DNA of 12,383 bases from Azolla caroliniana. Taxonomy: Eukaryota > Plantae > Polypodiophyta. Location of the stretch: the NCBI GenBank assembly GCA_043228905.1, contig JBHGNT010001073.1, positions 1-12,383 on the forward strand. The letters are read 5' to 3'. Under the pieces are notes generated by a model, which saw only the letters and a program-made list of their open reading frames with translations, made no database searches and was not told the DNA's origin. Shown here one piece after another: positions 1-9,971 of the stretch; position 1 is the first letter of the stretch; every line of letters starts with the position of its first letter. The position numbers and the translations under genes are program-made.

Positions 1-1
1 A

Positions 2-985
2 AGGCATAACATAACCACAGATGATGAAAAATATTTCATGGATCATATTGACCAAGCTTATGACCAATCAAGGCTTCATGCTGATAAACTAGCCTCTGGA
101 GTAGGATCAGAGGATGAAGCTTCGAGACTCATTGACTTTGCAGGAGAAGATATATCGGATTTGAGGAATGCTACTGTAAGGTGGGACGATGGGTCAATGA
201 CGATGACGGATACAATTAGTAATGGCATTGTTGCAGGAGGAAGTAATGTTATGGCCAACGAAAGATTTGACAAGTCTCCCGCAGCTTGGGATGATGCAAA
301 CTATGAATTGGCTGAGGAGATATCAGTGCCAAGGAAGGGGTGGGGGAGAAATCAATCCACTATTAGTGGACCTTCCATAACCAGTCATGTGAGGCTTGGT
401 GAAGGCCCATCTGCAAGGAGTGTGTGGCAAGCAGCAAAAGATGAGGCAACATTGGCAGCTATAAGAGCTGGATCAACAACTACCAGAGAAGAAAACCGGC
501 AGAATAGTTCAAGAACTAAAACCAGCTCACCCACCAAAGGATCAACAGCACCAACCAACAGAGTATACGACTGTGATGGTTTGACAGAGGATTCACAAAT
601 GTTGGAAAAAACTGCAAATCTTGCAGATGAATCGAAGACGGATACACTTATGGAGGGAAATACCTACCAGGTTACGAATGCTCACCATAATGTGCCAGAG
701 CAAGTGATGAAGAAGCGAAATGCTGATGGACAGACGGCCGAAAAGCGAGCTTACTGGAAGCTTTGGGGCCGAGTGATGGAGATGGTACAAGCGGACAACA
801 TCAACTCTGCTTATCTCGAGGCACTTGGTAGTGGAGATGAGCTCATGATCGTACGCCTCATGAACAAAACAGGGCCTGTGCTCGATAAGCTTTCTGCACA
901 CACAGCCAACGAAATGCTTCACACTGTGGCCATGCTTCTTAGGCAGCATGGTTTTTTTGACTTTGGCCTCCCTTGGCTTCAACAG
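2..985 (+). CDS. TOR1: Penultimate coding exon (5'-partial; frame open from the window start) of a TORTIFOLIA1/SPIRAL2-like microtubule-associated protein
   Basis: Frame is open from nt 2. It carries family-typical motifs GEGPSARSVWQAAKDEATLAAIR and the C-terminal domain WGRVMEMVQADNINSAYLEALGSGDELMIVRLMNKTGPVLDKLS...FFDFGLPWLQQ. It ends at donor CAG|GTAGGC (985/986), phase 0. TOR1 here means TORTIFOLIA1, not Target of Rapamycin. Confidence 0.9.
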
Positions 986-1733
986 GTAGGCATTTTTTCA
1001 TCTAAGAATTGCTTCCTTAGAAAGTGATCAGATCACATATATGATTGATATTGATTAATTGTGCATTACATAGCTTGAAACATGTTTTGTAGTAACTAAT
1101 TGTAAAGATTCCTCTATGGATTGGTACCCTGATCAACATTTATTGGATATTCAGTGCTTGATGTGCTCTTTCCAACAAACGAGATTACCCCATAGCTTTC
1201 AAGGACATTGAATCATAGAGAATGCAAGACTGGGTAGCTAACCCTTGTTTATGGATACACCTTAGACCTAATATCCAGATGATAGTTATCCAGTTGGTGC
1301 ATGGATGCCACATTCAAATAGACCCACCTCTGAATTAAGACCAACCTTATCTATATGAATTGTTTTGAATTAAATTGTGCTATTTTCTAGTGAATACATT
1401 CTTTCAATTGTATTATTTTGTACATGAATAATGTAAATAAAAGGAATTTTCTATCCTCTTTGTTGAACCTGCATGATGTTTTCTTTTTTATGAATGACTG
1501 TCGTAGATGTATTATTTATAATTGAAAATACAAGGAGAGGTGCCTCCGTGTTGTATCCATAAATAGGACACTGTAATATACATTGAACAGTTATGATGTC
1601 AAATGAGATAGTACAATTTATTTTTTAATGGTTTTTATGATAAATAGGATACTCCATGTGTGATCCCCCTACTGGGTCTGTGGCTTTTACACAGAAAGAT
1701 ATTAATTATAATCAAATGTACTTTGGCTTACAG
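986..1733 (+). other. Spliceosomal GT-AG intron (748 nt, phase 0) of the TOR1/SPR2-like gene
   Basis: Donor GTAGGC at 986, AT-rich interior, acceptor ...ggcttaCAG ending at 1733. Splicing gives continuous LPWLQQ|VADLIVELGP. Confidence 0.88.
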
Positions 1734-1934
1734 GTTGCAGACCTAATTGTGGAATTGGGGCCAAGCGGCATTGATATTTTGACGCATGTGAAGATTGAAC
1801 TTCTAGAATCAATTCAGGAGGTTGGTCATATGGAGTTGCCCACTGGTTGGTTTGGTAACTCCATTAGTGAGTTATCTAATATTTTAATGAAAGCCTGGTC
1901 AAATGAACAAGGAATAGGTTTACAAAGAACATGA
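1734..1934 (+). CDS. TOR1: Terminal coding exon of the TORTIFOLIA1/SPIRAL2-like protein
   Basis: VADLIVELGPSGIDILTHVKIELLESIQEVGHMELPTGWFGNSISELSNILMKAWS...* resembles the TOR1/SPR2 C-terminus. In frame with the upstream exon; TGA at 1932-1934. Confidence 0.88.
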   Translation, partial: VADLIVELGPSGIDILTHVKIELLESIQEVGHMELPTGWFGNSISELSNILMKAWSNEQGIGLQRT

Positions 1935-1968
1935 GTGATCATAATGTACATCAATATTTATTTCCAAT

Positions 1969-1974
1969 AATAAA
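1969..1974 (+). promoter_or_regulatory. Candidate polyadenylation signal AATAAA
   Basis: AATAAA about 35 nt after the stop codon. The AT-rich context makes a chance match plausible. Confidence 0.3.
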
Positions 1975-3799
1975 CGACGACCCTTGCATTCTAGGGAAAA
2001 TGGTTTTAACATTGTTCTTCTAATCATGTGAAATTGGGCTGCTATTTAATGATTCTAAACGATATATTTAGCCAAAACTTTAAATTTGTAATATATTAGC
2101 TATGATTAGTCAGGTGGATTGTGATTTATGATGAATAATGAAATTTATCATTTAATGCTATGATAGCTCCATTATTTTCTACTCAACAATGTGCATAATT
2201 TCGTAATTATGTTTAATCTGTGTCTTTTTGTATTTCCCTCTTTCTAACAAAATTTTCATCTTTCTTGGGTTTTTTGTTTGCTTAGTATTCCTTTTCTCCT
2301 GTCATCATTAGGATTCTGACATTGAACTTGTAGGTCGGTCTTACAAAAATATACAGATGCATATGTTTTGATTATATTTTCTAGTCAATAATTTGCCAGC
2401 ATCATACTGAGAATTTTCATTGAAATATATAAGAAAACTAAATGCCCATATCCTGGGCTGCATGTATTCTGGTGTATGGGGGAAATAGTACAAGTGTTGT
2501 GCTCTAGTGGCCGCTGAGATGTTTCTCGTCAAACAAAATTTCTCCTTCCAATTGATCTCCATGACAACATGCTTTCAGAAGAATTGTGAACATAACTGAA
2601 TTCAGCACTGTTGTGTTGGTGATTTGTGTTCTGCATAAACCCAAAGCCATGGACATATCTTGCCATGTGGGTAATCTTGACAGCTACATTCTACATTGGA
2701 AGTTGATCAAAATTGCATGCCTTTTTTTATCACTTCACACTTAGAATGCATGCATACCCCAAAGTATAGTCTAGCATAGATGTCTTGGGGAAATATTATT
2801 GGCCTTTTCCCCTTATTATGGTCATCTTCTCCAATTTCTAGGGTTCCAACAATGCAACACGCCTTAGATTGGAGGGAGATATGAGTGATAGCATATGGAG
2901 TGATCCAACAATGTGACTACATGGATTTGCTAACACGGGCCAATGTTTCTAACCCAACTGTTGTCATTATTAACTAGGGCCAATGATTCAAACGTGATTA
3001 TGTCATGTCTAATGTGGCCTTAAGTTGTTCTAACTTGATCTCAATCTACATCTATTTTGGCCCCATTTTATAGAGCTAAAACCTTGAAATTCGGCCAAAC
3101 TTTTCAAAATTTGAAAGGAAAACTTGCGTGCACTTGTTAACTACTTACACATGTGTGTACACTTGTGATATTGTTGACACTATAAACCTTGTGGAGATTA
3201 TTTGTACATGGACATGCTAAAACTACCAACCTTGTGAAGACATGTTGACAATTTATAAAGTACACAACCTTAAGAGGAAGAATCAATTGGCTTACCGATA
3301 TAGTGCATGCTTTCATTAGGGACAATGTGTATGGCAATTGCATCAAAGGGGCTCTGGTAGAATGGTACATGTGAAGGCAAGTTGTAAGGATCATCAGTCT
3401 AAACTTAAAGAGGCTAAGAGGATATTAGAAAGGTGTGTGGCCAATAACAACATTGTTATTTTTATTGCCAAGTGTTTATCCAAAAAAAGCGCGACATTGT
3501 AAAATATAATTTTTGGTAACCCAAGTAACTCAACCCTCCAAAAGTAGTAGACCGGCTCATTGCAGTAATCCGTCTTGACTCATTTCAATAGCCCAACTCA
3601 ACTCGGCTCTAAGTAGCCCCGCTCAACTAAAACCTTGATGTCTGGTCATTTTTACCACTTTTTGAATCGACATCATGCATGTTGCAATTGGATTTTAGGA
3701 GGGAAGAACTCAAACCACTTGCACATGCATATTTGCCTAGTATGTATTTTATTGGTTTCATATCCATCGGCTTTTGATTGAATGTTTTCTAATGATTTA

Positions 3800-4220
3800 T
3801 GGGTATGCTTGCGCATTGATGAGTGAAAGGAAAATGTTGGGTTCGGTTAAACGTGGATGGATAAAATGTTGTTGAAAACTAGTATTAAGGTTTAGATTCT
3901 TGTAGGTGCATGAGGAGCATGCATGCATTGGTTGATTTTGAAAAACTTGTATGTTGGTGAGTGAAAGGAAAATGTGGAGTTCAATGTGGATGGATAAAAT
4001 GTTCTTCAAATCTAGTATTAGGGTTTAGATTCTTGTGGATGCATGTAGACTATGCTTGCGTTGGATGATTTTGAGAAACTTGCATGTTTGTGAGTGAAAG
4101 GAAAATGTTGGGTTGGTTAAATTGTGGACGGATAAAATGCTCTTGAAATTTGGTATTAGGGTTTAGATTCTCGTGGATGCATGCAGACTATGAATGTGTT
4201 GGATGATTGTTGAAATCTGG
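3800..4220. repeat. Tandem repeat, ~133-138-bp unit, about 3 copies
   Basis: TGAGTGAAAGGAAAATG recurs at 3820, 3958 and 4091. Each is followed by GTGGAYGGATAAAATG and TATTA(A/G)GGTTTAGATTCT. Confidence 0.9.
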
Positions 4221-4284
4221 TATAGATATTCATGCAAAGGTCATTGGTTTTCATAAATTTTGGATTTCTACCTTGCTTGCATAG

Positions 4285-5206
4285 ATGGTTGCTAGGTCCT
4301 CAAAGCTCCTAGAGTTTGATTTTCATTGGAGTGAAACAAGACCAAGTGAAGGGAGGTATAACACGATTCATTCTTCAACAATGTATATGGGACTATAATT
4401 CATATGCACATGTCCTAACTTTGGTTTTGGTTGCATGGTTTTTCTAACAAAAGGTATCAAAAGCAATGTATTTGCCAAGTTGGAGGCTGAAAACAACATG
4501 AAGGCGACATAGGCAAAGACTAATGAGGTTGCGGATATGATACCACAACATGAATCATCAAATGTTGATGCTCCTCCAAAAGGTAAGTTTGTGTACATAT
4601 GTGTATTCCCACTACAAGTATGTATATATTGGTTGTACAAGTTGACCTAGTCTCGCTCTTCAAGTGTGTCTACAAATCTTGGACATGTATCATTACAAAG
4701 TCCTGCCAACAAACCCCACGATGATTTCATAAGAAAATGGAGGTGGAGGCACATTTGCAGAGTACATGGAATTAATGTAGTGCTTCCAAAAGGTTTAAAG
4801 ATAGAGGAAGAGGAGCATTTGACTCTAGGAAAAGACAATGGTGCCTCATACTTCAACAACTACGAAAGGGAAAGCTCAATAAAGCGTTTTTTTAATGTTG
4901 AACTTAAACACAATAGATCTCACCAATCATATATCAAAGAATGTTGGGGATGAGAGCACTTAACTAATTCAATGCAATCCTGAACCGGTTCGAACTTGCA
5001 CAGAGCCAAAATTTGTTGCCAAGTTCACATGTGACGAGATGGCAATATACAACAAAAGAGCAATAGATAGAAAAGCTAGAATTAAAGATTGTGAATGGGC
5101 ATGCACGCCATTTGGGCCTATCAATATTGTAAATCTTGGAGTTTTTCCATTCCATTTTATGTATTCCCATTCTGTTAATTTTGAGTATGTAATATCACAC
5201 ATGTAA
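4285..5206 (+). pseudogene. Putative spliced pseudogene of an unknown protein with a C2H2-like motif
   Basis: Candidate introns 4356-4453 and 4583-4650 (AAG|GTAAGT donor). The second joins two exons in compatible phase 1. Reading gives ...WTCIITKSCQQTPR*FHKKMEVEAHLQ/RVHGI... with stops (4510, 4722) and frameshifts. A further 80-codon open frame runs 4964-5203. Confidence 0.4.
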
Positions 5207-5775
5207 TATCGGGTAATATGTATTTACCTGTCGAGTATGTAAATTCAAAATCATGTTGCAAATTATAAGATTTGACAAGTCTAGCTTGTAAAATCAATTT
5301 GCAAAATGAAGAAACAATATTTTTGTGTCTATGGTGCTATGATTTGAAATATGGTGTCTATATTTTAAAGTATGGTTTATATGGCGAAATCTTTTCTGAT
5401 TTGAAATATGGTTTCTATGGTATGTGTATATGGTCAAATCACCCACTCTATTTTACCGAAATCATAAGTCTATTCATAGTGAAATCAAATGTGTATGTTG
5501 GTGAATTCACAACAACCATGTTGCTTTTATCATAAGTGTAAAAATGTATTTTTTTGGGGGCATATGTTAACTACTGCATGTTGCCCAATAACCCACTCGA
5601 TAATCAGTAACCCATGTCGAGTAATGTTCTTTCATATTTGCAAAGTCGGAAGACCAAATAGAGGAAACATCATCATATTCCACAATTTCAATTACATTTG
5701 AGGAAGACCAGAACTTCGAGGCATCCGAAATAGAGGATCACGTGGATACCTCTAGGTATTTTGTAGATTTTGCAA

Positions 5776-6050
5776 TCGGGTTACTTGTGTTAGTTGAGTT
5801 ACCATTGAGTGAGCCATGTTACTCGAGTTATCCAAAGAGTTGGGTTATCAGAGACAATAGAAGGGGCAAAGTCAGGTTTACCCAAAAGTGTCAGGCTATC
5901 AATGATAGTAGTAGGGGCAAATTCGAGTTATTGATGAAGGTAGAAAAGGGAAGAGTCGGGTTACTCGTGATAGAGTCAGGTTATGGGTGACTATAGAAAA
6001 GGGAAGAGCTGAGTGAATGGTGATAGAGGCTGGTTAGAGACAGGTTATCG
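5776..6050. repeat. Degenerate array of TCGGGTTA-like motifs with ~52-bp higher-order periodicity
   Basis: About 10 variants (tcgggttac 5776 and 5956; tcgagtta 5823 and 5923; tgggttatc 5841; tcaggtta 5976). AGGGGCAAA at ~5862 and ~5913; TAGAAAAGGGAAGAG at 5941 and 5994. Confidence 0.7.
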
Positions 6051-6061
6051 ACAAGTCGTGT

Positions 6062-6601
6062 TGTCATGATGTAGCGTGGCCAAAGGTAGAAAGTGGAAAA
6101 AAGGGGGGTGTTTAGCCACAACCATAGAAACATATGTATCGAGCTATTGACTAAGTACAAAGACACGTAGAGTTCGAATCTCTCCTAGTGTGCATTAAAC
6201 AATTAATTGTTTTGGTATTTAATGCTTAAAATAGGCGATTCCTCTATAAAAAGAGGAGAAGAGAGTTTATTTCGGGTCACTCATTTTGTGCACCATTAGG
6301 CTTTTATGACATTTGTGTCAGTCTTCTTCTTCTCCACTTACTTGGGATTTTAGGGTTTTTTCTTCTTCGGACTTTATGGTTTCTTTCTTCCTCTTTTAAA
6401 CAAACTTGAGATTTCAGGGTGTTCTTCTTCTTCACAAGCGTTTGGATTCTTTCATCTTTATCTAATTTTTTTCCTACCCAAGAGTTTAGGGTTCATCTCA
6501 CTTGAAGAGGCAAGGTCAAAGAGAAAGAAAGGTGGAGTTAGCTCTTCGGCTTCCTTGCCCTAAAAGAGGCACATGGACACCCGCTCGCTTGGTCCATTAT
6601 A
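6062..6601 (+). mobile_element. Solo-like LTR (~530-540 bp) of a different family from the adjacent chromovirus
   Basis: Starts TGTCATGA (6062) or TGTAGCGTGG (6070). TATA box CTCTATAAAAAG at ~6242-6253, then a CTT/pyrimidine-rich R/U5. Ends ...CTTGGTCCATTATA (decayed ...TTACA) exactly where chromodomain homology stops. No matching TSD and no visible similarity to the LTR at 9986-10387. Confidence 0.6.
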
Positions 6602-7853
6602 TCCTAGCCAATCGACTAAATAATAGAGCTTGTTGCGACCCATCTAGGAATCGAGGATGACAACAACCTCGTACTCAGGTCCATCTTCAAGTTTGATTGG
6701 GGGTGGAGGTGGTGTAATACGATCTAGGATAGTGTGGTCCTGATAGGGTTCTACAAGAGAACTATGAAATACCGAATGTATCCGTAGTTGCGAAGGTAGA
6801 TCAAGACTTAAAGTGACATCATTAATTTTTCTTTTAATACGGAAAGGGCCTAACCGTCGATAATCTAGTTTGTCACATGGTCGAGTAGTCTTGATGTGTC
6901 ATCATAATAGCCATACTTGATCTCCAATATCAAAAGAGGATGGAAGCCAATGACGATCCACGTAGTCTTTCTATGTTTGTTGGGCACGATGTAGATGGAT
7001 AGATAGTTCTGCCTAAATTCGTCGTAGCTGCTCCAAATGATTCTCTGCACTAGGATTTGTGGGTAACTCAGGAGTTTCTGACACACCAGTGAGGATGATA
7101 GCCGATATAAGCGTAGAATGGTGTATCCCTAGTAGAGGAGTGAATAGAATTATTATAAGCAAATTCAAAAAAGTGTAGAATATTTGCCCAATCATCTTGT
7201 TGATAGCTTTGGAAACACTGAAGATATTGTTCCAGCATTTCATTGGTACGTTCTGCTTGTCCATCTGTTTGGGGATGATAGCCGGAGGAGAGATTGCAAG
7301 TGACTCTGAGCATTTTGAAGAGATGCTTCCAGAATTTAGAGACGAATTGAGGTCCATGATCATTGATGATACTGTCGGGAAGACCATGATGCCGAAATAC
7401 TTCACACATAACAATTCCCACAATTTTTTCACTGGTGATTTCTTTAGTACAGGGCACGAAATGTGCCATCTTAGTATATCAATCTACCACTATTAAGATC
7501 GTATTGACGCCCTTCGAATACGGAAGATCTGTGATAAAATCTAGAGAAATAGATTGCCACGATTTGCTTGGGATCAGTAACGGCTCCAACAAACCATATG
7601 GATGATGTCTAGGCATCTTCGCTCTACAACATGTATCACATGTTTGAACATAGTCTTCGACAAATCTTCGCATATGGGGCCACCAAAATGATTGTTGTAC
7701 TAAATCCAACATTTTAGTACTACCAAAATGTCTGGCTGTGTACGTGCCATGACAATTTTGTACTATTCGAAGGTGACAAGAACCATTGGGAACATATAAA
7801 AGTTTCTTAAAGAAGAATAAACCATCATGACATTTGAATTGTCGATAATCCAT
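6602..7853 (-). pseudogene. Gypsy integrase (HHCC, DDE core, GPF motif) plus truncated chromodomain
   Basis: H..H..CDTC zinc domain; SLDFITDLP; IINDHGPQFVSKFW; HPQTDGQAERTN; KLDYRRLGPFRI; IHSVFHSSLVEPY; PPPPPIKLEDGPEYEVVVILDS*MGRNKLYYLVDWLG. Stops at 7479-7481 and 6899-6904, plus frameshifts. Confidence 0.92.
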
Positions 7854-8033
7854 ACTTGGTTGTTGTGACCGTGAACAAGATGCTCAAGTCTAGGGATTGA
7901 TTTGATCTAGAATAGCTTGAGCAAAAACATCTGTCTTCAAATCTTCACGTATGGTATCGATAATGCGGGAATCCTATGGAGTGGCAAAAATCCACGTTGC
8001 TTGAAGTCGTGTTAGACCCAAGATTACTTGCTT

Positions 8034-9225
8034 TTAATTGTCGAATGCTGGATCACCAGGATGAGGAGCTAGATACGAGCATCGTGATAATGCATCTACC
8101 TTCCCCTGTTGCTTGCCCGGACAATATGTAATCTTGAAGTCGAAACTAGTCAGGAACTGAGCCCACCGAGCTTGTTGTTTATTTAAGATGTGAGCATTTT
8201 GGAAGTAGGCAAGATTCTTGTGATCACTAAATACAGTGACTTGATGAGAGATCCTTCTAAAAAATGTATCCATTGTGCAAAAGAGTCCACTATTGCTAAT
8301 ACCTCCTCGTGATGTATCTCGTAGTTGATTTCGGCAACGTCAAATTTGTGTGAGTGGAAAGCCACGGGATGTAGCTTCTCATCGTCACCTTGTTGTGACA
8401 AAATACTACCGAGGGTGAAATTTGACACGTCTGCCTCAATGATAACTGGTTTTTGCGGATCAACATGAGCTAGAACAGGAGCCGATGTAAATGCTTTCTT
8501 GAGACCTTCAAAAACCGTGTGCGCTTCCTTAGACCAAACAAACGATTCTCCCTTCTTTGTAAGTTGTGTGAGCGGTAAAATCAGCTTTGAGTAGTCTTGT
8601 ATAAACTTGCGATAGAAATTTGCAAATCCTAAAAAGCATTGCACTTCTCGCAATGAATGTGAAATTTGCCACTCTAACACGGTTTGGACTTTAGATAGAT
8701 CCATAGATATGCCTTCCGAGGAGATCACATAGCCTAGAAATTCCACGTAGTTACATTCAAAACTACACTTTTCCAGCTTTGCATAAAGAACATCTCGTAG
8801 TCGTCTTAGTACTAACAGTACATGAGAATTATGCTCCTCCCGTGCCTTTGAATAAACTAGTAGATCATCCAAGTAGATGATCAAACAGATGTCCAAAAGA
8901 TCTCGGAATATATCATTGGTCATGTGTTGGAAGACTGATGGCGCATTCGTGAGGCCAAATGGCATAGCCGTATACTTGAAGTACCCATATCGGGTGTGGA
9001 AAGTTGTCTTCCATTGGTCTCCCGGTCGAATCCGTACGAGGTTATATGTTCCTCGTAAGTCAATTTTAATGAAAAACTTTGCGCCATTAATCCTTTCAAA
9101 GAGACTCGAGATTAGGGAAAGTGCATACCTATTCCTGATGGTGACCTTATTCAAGCCACAGTAATCCACGACTAGACGAAGTGAGCCATCCATTTTCTTG
9201 GCGATGAAAATAGGTGTGCCGGTGG
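8034..9225 (-). pseudogene. Gypsy reverse transcriptase and RNase H
   Basis: PIFIAKKMDGSLRLVVDY, KIDLRGTYNLVRI, MPFGLTNAPSVFQ, YLDD (8864-8875), FLGFANFYRKFI, IIEADVSNF, NYEIHHEEVLAIV, FSDHKNL. Frameshift near 8250. Confidence 0.95.
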
Positions 9226-9907
9226 CTCTTTTCTTGGTTGTAAATCAATGGGACAATAATACAGTTGATGGTGAAGAAGAGTACTAGCTTTTACCTTATC
9301 AAAAACATCGGCGTAATGATGATACGTCTTTGGAAGTTGAATTGTTGACTCCTTAGCGGTGTTGGAAGGTTTCACTGATACGGCGAATACAAACATTGAT
9401 TCCTTGCGTCCTTCCTCACGCAATTGATGTAGCGAAATGGTTGAAATCTTGTGAGTAGATTCTTGAGATTGTCGATACCTGATTTCTCTTGTTCTCTAAT
9501 CTATGTTCGGATTGTGTAATTCGAACCATGGTAACCCCAAAACAATTGGATGCTTTGGACTACTAATTATATTAAATGATATCACACACACAAAATTATT
9601 TAGGACAACACTAATCGGCTCTGACTCTTCTACGATATTTCCGAAAGCAATGGGGCGACCATCAATGACTACTACAGAAGCTGAGTAAGGGAGTTTCTTT
9701 GGGATATCTGATGAGCTTGGGAAAAAATTCTTATCCATGAAGCACGAATTGGCTCAGGAATCTAGGAGTGCTAAGACATGTACTAGAGGGTTACTTTTAG
9801 TACTAATTGTTACTTGAGCTGGGAAGCCATTGCTAACTTGCTTAGAGGGAATGGAACCACTAATGGGCTGCACAGATCTAACGTTGTTCAACCAAACTTG
9901 TTTCCAT
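9226..9907 (-). pseudogene. Gypsy aspartic protease and PR-RT linker, preceded by a 9-codon upstream ORF (METSLVEQR*)
   Basis: VLALLDS*ANSCFMD (DSGA with G to TGA at 9754-9756), VIDGRPI, PIVLGLPWFELHNPNID*, LPKTYHHYADVFDKVKASTL. ATG at 9907. Confidence 0.85.
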
Positions 9908-9971
9908 AGTATTGGAGGAAGGAAGGATAAGAAGATTTGTATGAAGGGAGTGAGGGATACAAAGATGAGGG

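Larger units (their letters stand above)
3515..6061. mobile_element. Putative decayed, non-autonomous DNA-transposon-like element, right side cut by an LTR
   Basis: TAACCCGA-like motifs cluster at the left (3516-3625) and reverse-complement TCGGGTTA-like motifs at the right (5776-6050). They flank a tandem repeat and a spliced pseudogene. No TIR or TSD could be fixed. Confidence 0.35.

Noticed and set aside
76-982. Minus-strand ORFs 76-273 and 593-982
   Set aside because: Antisense shadows of the TOR1-like exon with no recognisable motifs.
38-1027. ORF 38-1027 as a complete single-exon 329-aa gene
   Set aside because: The frame is open upstream of the ATG, and family similarity ends at the 985/986 donor. 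The tail VGIFSSKNCFLRK is intron read-through.
1656-1733. N-terminal 26 codons of ORF 1656-1934
   Set aside because: Intronic; the exon starts after the CAG acceptor at 1733.
2931-2993. Short imperfect direct repeat taac..gggccaatg.ttc.aac at 40-nt spacing
   Set aside because: Only two short copies with no further structure.
3800-4220. CRISPR-like array
   Set aside because: Whole units are homologous with no unique spacers, and the context is eukaryotic.
5272-5990. ORFs 5272-5535, 5489-5701 and 5742-5990 as genes
   Set aside because: They start at non-ATG codons and overlap DNA repeats that explain the peptide repeats.
6062-6311. 250-bp LTR ending at TTATGACA (6311)
   Set aside because: U5-like sequence continues to ~6601, where the real junction with pol lies. 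No TSD or PBS follows 6311.
6062-6601. 3' LTR of the minus-strand chromovirus
   Set aside because: No visible similarity to 9986-10387, its promoter faces the plus strand, there is no PPT, and it interrupts the chromodomain.
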